Below, one piece after another: positions 1 through 14,120 of a stretch of 64,000 nucleotides of DNA. Where the stretch lies: NCBI RefSeq assembly GCF_006345805.1, contig NC_043000.1, positions 70,804,001 through 70,868,000 on the forward strand, written 5' to 3'. The stretch comes from Octopus sinensis. Taxonomy: Eukaryota. The stretch's first letter is position 1, and each line of letters starts with the position of its first letter. A program made the position numbers and the translations under genes. The notes under the pieces are model-generated. The model searched no databases and was not told the origin of the DNA. It saw only the letters and a list, made by a program, of their open reading frames with translations.

Positions 1-76
1 AGCTGAATCAATGTTGTTATTGTGCAATGCCTGTGCAAGAAGATTTTTTTTAAAGTGAGGAAAGGCTGTGCACTGA
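1..76 (-). repeat. Fragment of the same structured interspersed repeat found at 37184-37729, in opposite orientation
   Basis: 1-76 (agctgaatcaatgttgttattgtgcaatgcctgtgcaagaagatttttttttaaagtg...gtgcactga) is nearly the exact reverse complement of about 37615-37690. Confidence 0.85.
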
Positions 77-499
77 TTACCCCTGGCAACAATTCTGTTT
101 CACTTGCAATACATATGAAACAATTAAGTAAATTACAACCAAGACATGATCCTTCACAACTAAAGCCTATAACTGCCAAGCAGTTTATTAATAATTGCAC
201 AAACAAATAACATTACCTATATATTTCAAATTTAACCACAACCACTAACTCAAAAGCCTTCATTTATCACCTGACTACTATCAGGAGAGAGCTTGGACAG
301 TCTCTCTTGTCTGCCTAATGGCAGCAGAGCTTACTGGTAACTTGCCAAGACTTTGAGGAATCTGTACCAACTACTACTCTTTATTAGAAGCACTACTATT
401 GAAAAGGTCTCCACATCTGCTACCTACATTGTTGATTCATACTGCCCAGGTTCAACAAAACTTTTTAAATATTGCTTCACAGATTAACTACCTGCCAAA

Positions 500-1850
500 A
501 TTCTGTCCCTACACAAATAGATCAGCCCTGATGGTATCTGTTCCATCATCCTCAAACAATGAGCTTTAGAAGTAGCTCCTATTCTTGCCAATTTCTTCAA
601 TCTTAGTTTTATTTATCCTTTATCTTTTATGCACACAAATATATTTATATACACGAAGTGCTTTCAGTTTTCATCTACCAAATCTACTTACAAGGCTTTG
701 GTTAGCCCAAGGCTATATTAGAAAATACTTGCCCAAGGTGCCATGCAGAGGGACTGAACCCAGAACCATGTGGTTGGGAAGCAAACTTCTTACCACACAA
801 CCATGCCTTTCTATAAAAGTTTATTCCAATCTTGTGTGCAGTGTGTTCCATTTCCAAAAAAGAGTAACTTCTGTCACCATATCTCTTCCAAATTCAATAT
901 CTCAGAGGAAATGGTAATACTTAACTGTAATGTCTTTCATTAGTTGAAGTCTCTCTCTTTCTCTGAGTAATCATCAATACAAATTCAATAAAACCAAATC
1001 TATTGCAAACATGTGCCTGCTTGCTTTTGAAAACTTTAGCAAAAGAAGCATTGCACTAGACATCAACAAAGTATTTAACTATATCTAACATGAGTACTTT
1101 CTAGCTAAGCTACCATTTGTCTCATTTCTTGATCATAAGCTTTCAGTCAGACAGCAGCTTTGCTGAATTGTCTGATAGGGTTCTATGTGATTCACACTAG
1201 CCAGTGATGTTCTCCAACATTCAGTAATGTCTTCTACACTTATCCGTCTCTACATTAGTGTCTTGCTTCACAACTGGCTTTTATGCAATTCCTTTTAAAC
1301 TTCTACATGCAGGAGTTATCTACACCTCATGCTAGACTTGTATCTTCACTTGTCATAAAGGACATACAGCTAAAACTTTTTTTAAAATGCCGAATTTTAC
1401 AATCTGATTTATATTAAAATTGCATTTCAAAAACTAGGAGTCTTCTTTAAGACCCGAAAAATGTCATATCTGATCAGTTGCTTCTACAAGACAAGCACAC
1501 ATTGGGGTGCTATGCACATATCTAAGGAAGTGTTGTTGCAATATCCACACAGAAAGATAACCAGACCACCTCTAAAAGAAGTTCATGTATTTTAACTGCT
1601 AGCATCACACATGCTGTTCTTTTCTGTTTCCCCCTCTAACTAGCCTCACAGAATCTCCATTCAAGCCTACCAATTTTGTCGCCTTTCAACAACTCTGTAT
1701 TTCAGTCCCAGACAACACACAAAACATTATGCTCCTTCCTTCCTTCAGAAGGAAATGTCTGGAAATCCCTCCTAATTGTTCTCCTGGGGGTATCAGCCAG
1801 TAGATATTCAAAATGAATATCAACTACATCAACTTTAACTGTCTGGAAAG
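500..1850 (+). mobile_element. Old degenerate CR1/L2-type LINE reverse transcriptase remnant, interrupted by a SINE
   Basis: Residual motifs: SPDGICSIILKQ*ALEVAPILANFFN (about 525-600), PFPKKSN (about 855), and an LYKAQ/HIWG-like stretch (about 1480-1510). Many stops and frameshifts. Confidence 0.45.
650..808 (-). mobile_element. tRNA-derived SINE, 5' part
   Basis: Reverse complement matches the SINE head at 38608 (ggttgtgtggtaagaagtttgcttcccaaccacatggttctgggttcagtccc), including A- and B-box-like motifs. Confidence 0.85.
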
Positions 1851-2413
1851 AGGTCTTCTTTTGACTAACTTATAAAACGAAGTAACATAGTTTGAAGACA
1901 AAAATGACATGCCACTAACATTAAAGTTTCTATTATGGACAAAGAACTGCTGTAGAAGCAACAGAATATAAAAGAGACAACATTAATTTAAAACTTAGTA
2001 TGAAGTTCAGAATGGTTATCATTCATGAAATTAAGTTAAATATATATTTGTACTGAAATAAAAGTTCAATTTAAACTAGAAAACATATATATTATATATG
2101 GTACCTAATGACAAAAGAAGATTAAATTCTTCTTTAGTTTCACAAAAAGAAAATATAAGCATAATGAACTCAAATCTGAAACACTACTTCATTCTAAATA
2201 TTTTAAAACTATCACTACTTCATGCATTTGTCCAATGCCAACTTGTACATATTTCACAATCAGACTGTAGAGAAAATGAAGTAAAGGAAAATCACTGAAT
2301 TTAGACAAAATATATCAATCTATTATGAAAGTAGATGTAAACACAAACTGAAAAAAAAAATAAATAAAATAAAAACTGGAAACATTTTATATGCAAACAT
2401 TTCTCAATTTTTA

Positions 2414-2596
<183 letters not shown>

Positions 2597-3162
2597 TCAG
2601 TAACTTTAAAAAAATGAAAGAACATTCAGTAATCATTTGGAAAGATAAAACTAATTTAGATAAAACCATGTCTGAGAATTTAGACAAAATTTGCTTCATA
2701 TAATAGCCATTACTATTCAGAACTTAGGGGGATCTACTTGAACACCACTATGCAAAGAAAAAAGAATCTCCTTAAGTTATTTCATAAATATTATATTTTG
2801 TGAATCCTTTATTAATTGCTTTCAACTGAGCTGTATTCCTTCAGAAATTCAATTAGAAAATTCTTCAAAATTTGAAGACGTACCTCTGTAGACTGGATTA
2901 TGTTCTTTTACTTTGGACACCTACCCTAATAAAAACATAATCAGTTAACAAATGAATTTATGATTAACTGAGCAATGTAATTTCCTTAACTTAGGATTTA
3001 CTTTTCTAAAATATTCCCCAACATGTAAAATAAATATTACAAACTTTTAATATCAACATTACAAACTTTTAATATCAGAGAGTGAAGCAATCTCAATTTA
3101 GCTGACTACAACCTTTAGTTAAATACTGATATGATTGAAAATGAATTGAAAGAAATACTTAC

Positions 3163-3226
3163 AGCAACTTCACCACCACTCGAGAGATAAGCACGAGCAT
3201 CTTCAATAGCTAACAGAGCACATTTA
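3163..3226 (-). CDS. PFKFB: PFKFB exon, 64 nt: (H)KCALLAIEDARAYLSSGGEVA
   Basis: Acceptor ctatttcag, donor gtaagt, phase 2-0, in frame with both neighbours. Matches the PFKFB KQCALAALxDVxxYLxxxGHVA block. Confidence 0.95.
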
Positions 3227-3793
3227 CTGAAATAGAGATTAATAGCTTTTAAGTTTTCAATCATTTCATAAAATCATAAGTGTAACTTTTCTTTCAGAAA
3301 TTCATGCTTGAAGGTAACTAACTATAATAATCTATTGAAATTGATCTTGAAAGATATTTTATTTATTCTGATCAATAAACTTCTTGCTCATTATGAAAAT
3401 TAAATTTAAGAGGGAATACAGATTATTTGATTTTCTTTTAATATTACACATACAATATTCATTTCAATCATTGATTGAAATTATGAGTATTTAATCAAAC
3501 AGTATGTTACTAAAATCAATGTGATATTATAAGAGGAAGTAAATCTATTTTGCTTGCTTGATATTATATCAAAATTGATATAATATCATGTTTAAGACCA
3601 TTAATTGAAATGACCAATGAAACAAGTCCATTTTTAAAGGTATATCCTTTAACTAGTTTTGATATCATTTCTGTTCCATTTTAACAAAACTGTCTGGCAA
3701 ACAGGAATGTGAAACTCTGAGTAACAGCTTTTCTTATATTTCTGCTGCTTTTAAATATAATATATACATATGTGTGTGTGTGTGTGTGTATAT

Positions 3794-3908
3794 ATTTGAA
3801 GTAATACTATAAAATGGTGTTTGTTTGAAATATAAATTAAAAATTAGAATTTAATTAATTTTTAATTTATATTTCAAACAAACACCATTTTATAGTATTA
3901 CTTCAAAT
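3794..3908. repeat. Perfect 53-bp-arm palindrome with 9-nt loop
   Basis: 3794-3846 is the exact reverse complement of 3856-3908. Confidence 0.95.
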
Positions 3909-4033
3909 TTAAAAAAAAAAACTACCATTCACTATGTTATACAAAATTCAAATTTTATATCTCTGAAGAGCAGAAGAGTTGTCTATAAATGCTTATCAAT
4001 ATAGGATTTCATTATAGGGACAGCACTTCTGTG

Positions 4034-4965
4034 CCACTACCCACTACCTACTCAGAAGGATATGTTTACAAAATTAAACAGTGGAAGATATTTTCTAAAT
4101 TGGATCTCTCTGATGCATACCTACAAATTAGAGTAGACGATGAATACTCGAAATACCTAACAGTAAACACACATAAAGTACAACAGGTTACCTTCTGGTT
4201 TAAAAGTTGCACCAGTGCAATATTTGTGGACTGAATTTGCAATTCGATATCTAGATGATATATTCATTAAAAGCGAATCCAGGAATCAACATGTTATCTA
4301 TTTGAAAAAATGAAGGATTACCGCTCTATCTTGAGTGAAGAAAAGTGTGAATTTTTCTTACCAAATCATTGACAGAAATGGATGACGACCTGACCCGTCG
4401 AGGACAGATGCAATTAAAAATATGCCTCCTCTGACTAATAGAACAACCTTATAAGCATTTTTAGGACTGGCAAATTATTACCAAAAGTTTATGCCAAATA
4501 TGCATATGGTTAGGGCTCCACAAAAGATATGAAATGGAATTGGTCAGAAAATTGCCAAAAGGTGTTTGACAAGATTAAATATTAATATCTGATGTGTCGT
4601 TAGCTCACTTCAATCCTGCAGTGGAGATTGTTGTAGCTTCAGATGCTTCTGAGTATGGTATAGGAGCAGTAATGTTACATAAATATAAAGATGGTAACAT
4701 GAAGGCGGCGGGTCATGCCTCATGTTCTCTGATATCAGCAGAGAAAAATTATTGTCAAATCGAAAAAGAAACAGTTGTGATCATTTTTGCCATGTTTAAC
4801 AGATTTTTGCACAGTAACAGTTTTCAGTTACAGACTGATCACCAACAGTTATTATTGATAATTGGGTTGAGAAAAGGAATTCCTACGTATACTGCTAATA
4901 CAATGTTGGGCTACGATTTAAAGATGAAGTACATACCATCCAAGAAATTGGACCATGCTCTCTCT
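4034..4965 (+). mobile_element. Ty3/Gypsy LTR retrotransposon pol remnant (RT and RNase H), degenerate
   Basis: FSKLDLSDAYLQI, YLDDI (about 4250), ASDASEYGIGAV, AEKNYCQIEKE and LQTDHQQL motifs, with frameshifts and stops. No LTRs seen. Confidence 0.88.
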
Positions 4966-5070
4966 GTTTATTTTATTTTGTTCCTTTCTGTTGAAGAGCG
5001 TATGCTCCAAATGTAAAAAACTTTCTCACCTTCCCCAGCATTACACTAATACACCTGTTTGTTGTTTATA

Positions 5071-5280
5071 TACATGGTTTCGGGTTCAGTCCCATTGCGT
5101 GGAACTTTGGGTAGGTGTCTTCCACTATAGCCCCGAGCCGACCGAAGCTTTGTGATTGAATTCGGCAGGCAGAAGTTACTGCCGTGTGTCTATGTATGCG
5201 TATAGCTGCTCAGTGCCTCTCCGAAAGAGAGAGAGAGGGATACCGGTCTTCGTCTTTTGTTTTTCTGTAAATTTCAACTA
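5071..5280 (+). mobile_element. tRNA-derived SINE head with a divergent body
   Basis: catggtttcgggttcagtcccattgcgtggaactttgggtaggtgtcttccactatagcccc matches the SINE head at 38608. Confidence 0.7.
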
Positions 5281-5453
<173 letters not shown>

Positions 5454-5472
<19 letters not shown>

Positions 5473-7972
5473 GTTTAACGTCCGCTTTCCATGCTAGCAT
5501 GGGTTGGACGGTTCAACTGGGGTCTGGCAAGCCCGAAGGCTGCACCAGGCCAGTCAGATCTGGCAGTGTTTCTACAGCTGGATGCCCTTCCTAACGCCAA
5601 CCACTCCGAGAGTGTAGTGGGTGATTTTATGTGCCACCGACAGAGGTGCCAGACGAGGCTAGCAGGCGGCCACGCTTGGATGGTGTTTTTTATGTGCCAC
5701 CGACACAGGTGCCAGACGGCCACGCTCGGATGGTGTTTTCTTATGTGTCACCGACACAGGTGCCAGACGAGGCTGGCGAACGGCCACGCTCGGATGGTGT
5801 TTGTTACGTGCCCTCAGCACGGAGGCCAGTCGATGCGGTACAGGCTACGGTCACGTTCAGATGGTTTTCTTATGTGTCACCGGCACTGGTACCACAAGGA
5901 TACAAATTCCATTCATGTTCATCTATTTTGATTTGGTTTGATTTGATTTGATTTGATTTGATTTTCACTTGCCTCAACAGGTCTTCACAAGTGTCACAAG
6001 AAGGAAGGTATGCACAGGTGGACTGACTACGTCCCAGGTAGGGGCCACGGGTTATGGCTTCACTAGTTTTGCCGGGTCTTCTCACGCACAGCATACTTCC
6101 ATAGGTCTCGGTCTCTAGTCATTTCCATGGTGAGACCTAACGTCCGAAGGTCGTGCTTCACCACCTCGTCCCAGGTTTTCCTGGGTCTAACTCTTCCACG
6201 GGTTCCCTCAACTGCTAGGGATTGGCACTTTCTCACACACCTATCTTCATCCATTCTCGCCACATGACCATACCAGCGCAATCGTCTCTCTTGCACACAA
6301 CAACTGATGCTTCTTAGGTACAACATTTCTCTCAAGGTACTAACGCTCTGTCAAGTAAGTACACTGACATTACACATCCATCGGAGCATACTGGCTTCAT
6401 TCCTCACGAGCTTACGCATGTCCTCAGCAGTCACGGCCGATGTTTCACTGCCATGTAGCATAGCTGTTCCTACACATGCATCATACAGTCTGCCTTTTAC
6501 TCTGAGCGAGAGGCCTTTAGTCACCAGCAGAGGTAAGAGCTCCCTAAACTTTGCCCAGGCTATTCTTATTCTAGCAGTTACACTTTCAGCGCACCCACCC
6601 CCACTACTGACTTGGCCACCTAGATAGCGGAAGATATCAACTACTTCTAGTTTTTCCCCCCGGAAAGTGACGGAAGTTGTTTTCTGCAGATTTTCGGAGG
6701 TCAATGCTCCCGAGCATCTGCCACATACAAAAACTATCTTCCCAGTTAGCCTACCTTTGACATTGCTGCACCTCTTATGTGTCCATAGCTTACACTGGGT
6801 ACATCTTATAGAGTTTCTACCTACACCTTTTCTACAGATCGAGCAGGGCCATCTTCCTGAGGATATTTGTAGATTGTCTACCTTTCTACTTATTAGTACT
6901 TTGGTTTTAGCTAGGTTGACTCTAAGGCCCCTCGATTCTAAACCCTCCTTCCACACCTGGAACTTCTCCTCCAGTTCTGATAGTGACTCAGCAATTAGAG
7001 CGAGGTCGTCAGCATAGAGGAGCTCCCAGGGGCAACCTGTCTTGAATTCCTCCACAATTGCCTGGAGGACTATGATAAATAGGAGGGGGCTGAGTACTGA
7101 ACCCTGGTGGACCCCAACCTCTACTTTGAATTCTTCAGTGTACATGTTGCCAACCCTAACCTTACTTACGGCATCTCTGTACATGGCTTGCACAGCCCTC
7201 ACCAACCATTCATCTATCCCTAGTTTCCTCATTGACCACCAGATGAGGGATCGGGGGACCCTATCAAAGGCTTTCTCCATGTCAACGAAAGCCAGGTACA
7301 GGGGCTTATCTTTGGCTAGGTATTTCTCCTGCAGCTGCCTTACCAGGAATATAGCATCAGTGGTGCTTTTCCCTGGCACGAACCCAAACTGCATCTCATC
7401 TAAACTAACTCTCTCTCTAATTAGTTGGGCTATGACCCTCTCCGTAACCTTCATTACCTGATCCAACAGCTTGATACTTCTGTAATTATTTGTATCTAGG
7501 GCATCACCTTTACCTTTGTAGCAGTTGACTAGTATGCTGCTACACCAGTCATTGGGTATGACTCCTTCGTGTATCACCTGGTTGACTATACGGGTGACTA
7601 GGTTATAGCCGACACTGCCAGATATTTTGAGCATCTCTGCAGTAATTCCTGATGGGCCTGGGGCTTTCCCTGTCTTCATGCTTCTAATTGCCTTAGCTAC
7701 CACGGAACTATCAACTCGGATAGCTGGTCCCTCTGTTGGGTCAACATTCGGCAGACTCTCTTTATCCCATTCATTTTCTTTATTCAGCAACCTTTCATAG
7801 TGGCATCTTCAAACCTCTCTCTTTGCATCCTCATTTAGCGCAAGTGAACCATCATCCATGCGAACACACTTCTCTCCTACCACATCACGATTCTCTCTCA
7901 CACACTGTCTTGCAACACGAAATACCTCAAGTCTTTCATCCTCACGGCTCAGAACATTGGCAAATTTTTTCT
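5454..7972 (-). mobile_element. RTE-clade LINE, 5'-truncated and inactive: RT ORF 7790-6351, 3' UTR with (CAAAT)n and a tandem array, (ATG)n tail
   Basis: RT motifs GKAPGPSG, QFGFVPGKSTTDAIF, GVHQGSVLSPLLF and LYADD. A stop near 7809 and a frameshift near 6351. Homologous to the copy at 55817. Confidence 0.95.
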
Positions 7973-7975
7973 TAT

Positions 7976-8063
7976 GCGTGTATATATATATATATATATG
8001 CATTTGTATATATATATATATATATATGCATTTGTATATATATATGTATATATATATGCATTT

Positions 8064-8105
<42 letters not shown>

Positions 8106-8156
8106 GTGTATATGTGTGTATATATATATGCATTTGTGTGTATATATATATGCATT

Positions 8157-8192
<36 letters not shown>

Positions 8193-8200
8193 CACACACA
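7976..8200. repeat. Compound (TA)n microsatellite with recurring TGCATTTG units
   Basis: Directly visible. The same unit occurs at 5417-5453. Confidence 0.95.
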
Positions 8201-8451
8201 AGAAAAAAGTGTTCCGTATTCATCAGCCAAAACACATACGAGTTTTCCAAACATCCTAGGGAGTGAGGCTACACTCATGAAGTATCGAAGAGAGTTCTAT
8301 GAAAAGCAAAGTTAGATTGTAAGCAGACTTAAAATGTTTTCTAATGATGCACAGTTTTATAAAAGGTTTTTTAAAAAAGATTGTTAGCTTCATGTGAATT
8401 CATTGGAACTCACTTGAATCTTAATTGTTTTACTGAATATATATATATATA

Positions 8452-8835
8452 TCTCTCTCTATATAAACGGCAGTTTGTCTGTGCGTTTTCTGTGTGTCTG
8501 TTTTCTCGTACCCTCACTCTGACCACGGCTTTCAACCGATTCTGATGAAACTTGACACACACATAGCCCAATGTCATAATTCAAAACTAACGCAGCAAAA
8601 ATTTTGAAAAGTTCCCCCAGTTCTGAAAAAAATCGATAAATTCGACATGGGATCGAGAATCAGAAACCCAAACCACAGACCGTCTAGGGGACGCAACTCC
8701 ACCTTTTTTAACTCTCAAAAAAAATTTACCATAATTTTTTTTCCATTTTTTTGCTATTTTTTGGCTATAACTTTCTAAAAATGCTTTATAGTTATTTCCC
8801 TTACAAACCTGAGCAACGCCGGGCGATACTGCTAG
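8452..8835 (+). mobile_element. Non-autonomous Helitron-like element
   Basis: A|TC start inside a (TA)n run, 3' gagcaacgccgggcgatactgCTAG|T end with a GC-rich subterminal hairpin-like motif, no TSD. Confidence 0.75.
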
Positions 8836-9409
8836 TATATATATATATATATATATCTAAATGTGTTTGTATATTTTTAATAATATATTATTATTAATAT
8901 CAAGAAATCAATATTAGAAAATTCTTCAGAAAGATATATACGTGTGTAAAATAATTGTTGTATTAAAAATATAAATATGTATAAAAATATATGTATAAGT
9001 ATAAATATACAATGTATATGACAGTTTAAAAGTTTTGAATTAAGTATTTAAAGCATATTATGATCGTTTCACAGAAGTGCTGTCCCTATAATGAAATCCT
9101 ATATTGATAAGCATTTATAGACAACTCTTCTGCTCTTCAGAGATATAAAATTTGAATTTTGTATAATATAGTGAATGGTAGATTTTTTTAAAATCTGAAG
9201 TAATACTATAAAATGGTGTTTGTTTGAAATATAAATTAAAAATTAATTAAATTCTAAAAAACATGATATTTCACTAAATACAAACTCTCAATGACTCCTA
9301 TGACTTCCTGTTGTCTCAACCAATACGCTACTCTTTATAAGAGTTTGGCTAGTCCTTTCTTCCAATTCCACAGGAGTGTCAATGATTCTTGCCACAACAG
9401 TTTCCTAAG

Positions 9410-10025
9410 TCAGGATGTGTGCTGGCTTCATCACTTTGAACCAGAGACAAAGAGACAATCCATGCAGTGGAAACACCCTTCCTTACCTGCTCCAAAGAAG
9501 GCCAAGGTTGTTCTATCTGCAGGGAAGGTGATGGCCTCAGTTTTTTGGGATACAAGAGGTATAGTGCTTATTGACTATCTTCACGTCCTCAATGTGAGGC
9601 AATTATGAAAGGCTATCAAGACCAAACACCCAGGAAACCTGACAAAAGGGGGTTTTCTTTCATCAGAACACTGCTTCAGTATACATGTCCTTGCTTTCAA
9701 TAGAAGCATTGCATGACTGTGGCTTTAAACTGGTTGATCACCCACCCTATTCTGATTTGGCCCCATCTGACTATTGTTTGTTTCCCAACATGCAAAAATA
9801 CTTTGGTGGGATCCAGTATTGCAGTGATGATGACATTATATCTGCTGTTAATGACTTTTTTGAGCAACAGGATGAAAGCTTTTTCACTAACAGGATCCAA
9901 GCACTGCACCACCATTGGAAGAAGTGTGTGAACCGCAAGGGGGACAGTATCGAAAAATAAACCTTATTTGATCATTTTCCATGAGAGTATCTTGATTAGA
10001 CTATGGACTTTTCTGCTGACCCTCA
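9410..10025 (+). mobile_element. Mariner (DD34D-type) transposase 3' remnant with 3' TIR
   Basis: WLHHFEPETKRQSMQW, KVMASVFWD and HPPYSDLAPSDYCLFP motifs. Ends ...ggacttttctgctgaccctca followed by TA. Confidence 0.88.
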
Positions 10026-10500
10026 TATATGTGCATGCACACACACACACACACACATAGTCACTAAACTTTTTATCTTTCTACATTTTGGCTACTGACA
10101 TAACACCTACTTAATTGTTGACTATTCTCAACACTTTTCTTACATTCTTATAGCACTTTTCTTACATTCTTACATGCTGCTTTAAAAAAATGTCTTTCAG
10201 AAGCATCACTCTAAACTGTGCTAAATTGTATCTTTTAAAATTGTTTTTATAGTTTGCACTGTAAAGATGCTAAGTAAAAAAAAAAAGTCAGATTTATTAA
10301 AATTTACATTTTCAAACTTTTTAACTCAATACTTTTTCAGGCACTTTTCCAAGCAATAGAACAGTGCAAATCACAAAAGCTGTGATATACAAGATAATTT
10401 CTAGGTGAGATAACATTGGTTGCTATGAAAGGAGAAAAAACTTGTTCAACAGATTGGTCAAATTACCAAATGTTTTTTTTATAATTTTCAAATAGAGTCA

Positions 10501-10827
<327 letters not shown>

Positions 10828-11019
10828 TTAACCCTTCATTTTTATACCAGAATAATCTCTTAGCTTACTACATCATGTATTTTGATATTCACTTTATTAA
10901 TTTTTTTATGCAGCAGGTGTTTCAAGGAATTTTTCCCAGTTATCTTTTTAATTAATAATTTTATAAATACTTAATTTATAATACTATTAAAGGTTTTTGC
11001 AGGTCCAATACAAATACCA

Positions 11020-13330
11020 GCTTGGTGCCTGGTGCAAATAAGACCACTAAAAGCTGCAATATGAGGATTTGAAAGAATAACCATACTGTTCCATCTGTTG
11101 CATGGGTTAACAACGGACATATTTAGATCTTAAGTAGAGGGGTCTATTTAAAAAAATATATATTGCACTTTCCACTTAATGCTAATACAATCAGCTATAA
11201 GCCTGTAGCTTGTTCTGGGATGTGTGGGCTGGAGTCCAGGAGGGAACAACTATTAGTGATTGGGGACTGAAATGTCACAACTCTTATGGGTAAGGAGCGG
11301 GAACTAGCAGAGGAGGTTAGACGCTACCAGCTATATATAGAGAGTAATTCCTCTACAAGGTTCTGTGGCTCTGATAAAATAGACTTGAATGGAGGGTGTG
11401 GTGCCAAATATGTCTGTACAGGTGAGAGTGGGGATATTCACAAACCCCTGGCAGCTAGATTGTGTTATGTGAGAGGATTTGCCTCCTGAAGCTTAGGTTG
11501 AAGGAAGGATTACTATGGTTGTTCCAACTATATGCACCAAACAGCAAGACCAAATACAAATCCTCCTTTGATGAAGTCACTGCAACTTTAGAAGTAGTTA
11601 AGACTGAGTATTTGTAAAGGGGACTTCAAAGCATATAATGGCATTGGTCACAGGACAGGGATATCCATATGTAGCCCAATGTGATAAAAACAATGAAGCC
11701 ATGGAAATTTTTGCATTATTATTGATGTCCTACCAGTTAACTGTATCAATTTTTAGCAAAATGTATGAATGTGGTTGTATGAATTGCAGTTTTAAGGTCT
11801 GATATATTATGTCCTCTGTTAAATGAATTTAGGATGGATAATAATAAGCAAATTTAAAGTTGTAATTGACTGCAAAGAAATACTTATTACTATTGCTAAA
11901 ATTTGATTCAGCAAACTGATAGGACATTAATAACTGTCAATACATTGTATAGTTTTAAAAGCTCATAAAAATGAAGATAGAAAGGTTAGAAAAACCTGAA
12001 GTAGAACATCACAAAAATTCTAACTACAATTCTATTCAAATATTGTCAAGACGTGAAACATAATGTTGAGGATTCTGGTTTGAATTCTGTTCAGGCTGAA
12101 AACTGAAATCAAACTGTTCTCACATCAAGGTCCTAGATTGCTAGTACCAAAACTCTCCTCCCTGGGGACTTAGCGGGCCAAAAGTTCCCATTTTATAGCT
12201 GATGAACAGATGCTAGGCCAGTTCATTATGTAAAAGTGGTAGACAGCACAAGTAAAACTAATTGGATCTGACCACCATGTGGTGAACCAAAATGGGTAGT
12301 TAAAAGTAAAAAGCCACAAAATGGGCAGCTAAAGTTCAAGAGCAATCGTGCTTCTGCTTAAGAATATTTTGAGATAGAAGTCATTGATAGATTTTATCAT
12401 TTCAGACCTTTCTGAGTCCGTGCTGGATATTCTTGTAATGAGAGAGGGCTGAGCTACCAACTGATCACCATGTAATTGTCTGCAACTTGAGATTATCAAC
12501 TGCAAGGAAAACTCACAAAACTGGTAAATCCAGTGCAACTTACAGAATAAAATGGGAAGCCCTGGAAGATGATGGGATCAGAAACAAATATGCAAACACT
12601 ATTGCATCCAAATTCAAACTGAGGATATTGAGATGGATGGAGATAGTTTTGTTCAGCAATTTCTTCTTCAGCTCTACAAAGCTGTGGATGAAAGCAGCTT
12701 GTGATAAAATAACTTCCTGGTTTAACCAGGAAGTTGAAGATGATATCCAAGAAAAAACCTTAGCTTGGAAACAAGTCTCTCTTTTACATATGTGGTACAA
12801 TGAGCATAAGAAGTTTCAGCAGAGACAGTTAAAACATTCAAGGTTAAGCCATGGGAGAATTTTGTGGTTGGCAGATCATCTACCAACTTTGTAGAATGGC
12901 AGGTGTGGTAGAAGAGTGCTTGTTATAGAGAATGAGCATTATTGGAAGGTGAAGAGAATACTTTGCTAATTGCCTAAATCCAGAAACAATAACATTTTCT
13001 GATGAAAACGAGGTGCATCTAACAGCAAAGTATAAGCTCACAGAGGTTGAAGTCATTGAGGCAATTAAAGTGCTTAAATGTAGCAAGGCCATTGGGGAGG
13101 GTGAAATTCAGCCCTAGATGTTAAAAGCCTTAAATAGGGAAGATATTCTCCAGCTGACTTGTTGCAAAGGTGGCTTGGACTTCTGGAAAGACACCAAAGC
13201 AATGGCAATCTGAAGCAATCATCCCAATTTTTAAAAAGGAGAGAAAATGCTCAAATTATAGAGGAATCTCCTTGTTGAGCCTCTCTGGCAAGGTCTACGC
13301 TAAGCTTCTGGAAAAGAAGATGTAAGGAAA
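11020..13330 (+). mobile_element. Degenerate RTE-clade (Expander/Rex3-like) LINE: endonuclease and RT N-terminus
   Basis: Across frameshifts: a GxWNV-like start followed by TLMGKERELAEEVRRYQL (about 11265-11330), LPTDHHVIVCNL (about 12460), IKWEALED, and EVIEAIKVLKCSKAIGEGEI. Many lesions. Confidence 0.7.
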
Positions 13331-13529
13331 TCGCTGAGCTGAAGCTAGCTGAAGAACAGTGCAGCAAAAATTTCAAACACCATTATATAAGCTACGTAAA
13401 ATGAAATAGTTCGTTCCTTTTGTTTACTCCAAAGTTGTTTCTATGGTTTATTCCCTAGTACAATTGATGGTTAACTTTCAATATAGCAGAGCAGATAGAA
13501 TCAGATGTAGGGCTTACACAATTATTATA

Positions 13530-13651
13530 CAGGGTGACTATAAAGTCTGGGTACACTAATATTCTTGTTTGTTGTTGTTGTTTTTGTCTGCAGATTGAAT
13601 TTGAATAAATAAGAAAGAATCACTATGTATCCAGGCTTTACAGTCAACCTG
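13530..13651. mobile_element. 122-bp Tc1/mariner-type MITE
   Basis: 27-bp imperfect TIRs (cagggtgactataaagtctgggtaca / tgtatccaggctttacagtcaacctg), flanked by TA on both sides. Confidence 0.75.
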
Positions 13652-13861
13652 TAATATATGCATAAAGTCCCATACAATTTTTCTGATAAACTTAACTTAA
13701 AAATGATACTTGGAAGCTTGCCAATTTATACAATAACTATTAGGGAAGCCATTGTAGAAGTAAATGACCACAAGATAAATAACATATTGGAAGTCACTGA
13801 CAAAAAAAAAAAAAGGTAGTGAAACACTGCTATAAAAGATGAAATTGTATGAATAACATCA

Positions 13862-14107
<246 letters not shown>

Positions 14108-14120
14108 TCAATAAATTTAA

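Noticed and set aside
2885-2921. Exon-like 37-nt segment on the minus strand (tag|GTGTCC...AGAG|gtacgt)
   Set aside because: Weak pyrimidine tract, would shift the PFKFB frame, and the flanking exons already join in frame.
5628-5890. Regularly spaced palindromic repeats resembling a CRISPR array
   Set aside because: Eukaryotic LINE 3' UTR; the spacers are related to each other, the repeats are degenerate and there are no cas genes.
6307-7461. Plus-strand ORFs of 106-139 aa (and similar ones over 45-48 kb and 55.7-58 kb)
   Set aside because: Antisense shadows of LINE RT frames.
8535-8560. CTGATGA matches here and at about 12198, 13000, 38333, 40115, 55303 and 58763 as possible hammerheads
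   Set aside because: No stem II, GAAA, stem III and stem I arrangement follows them.
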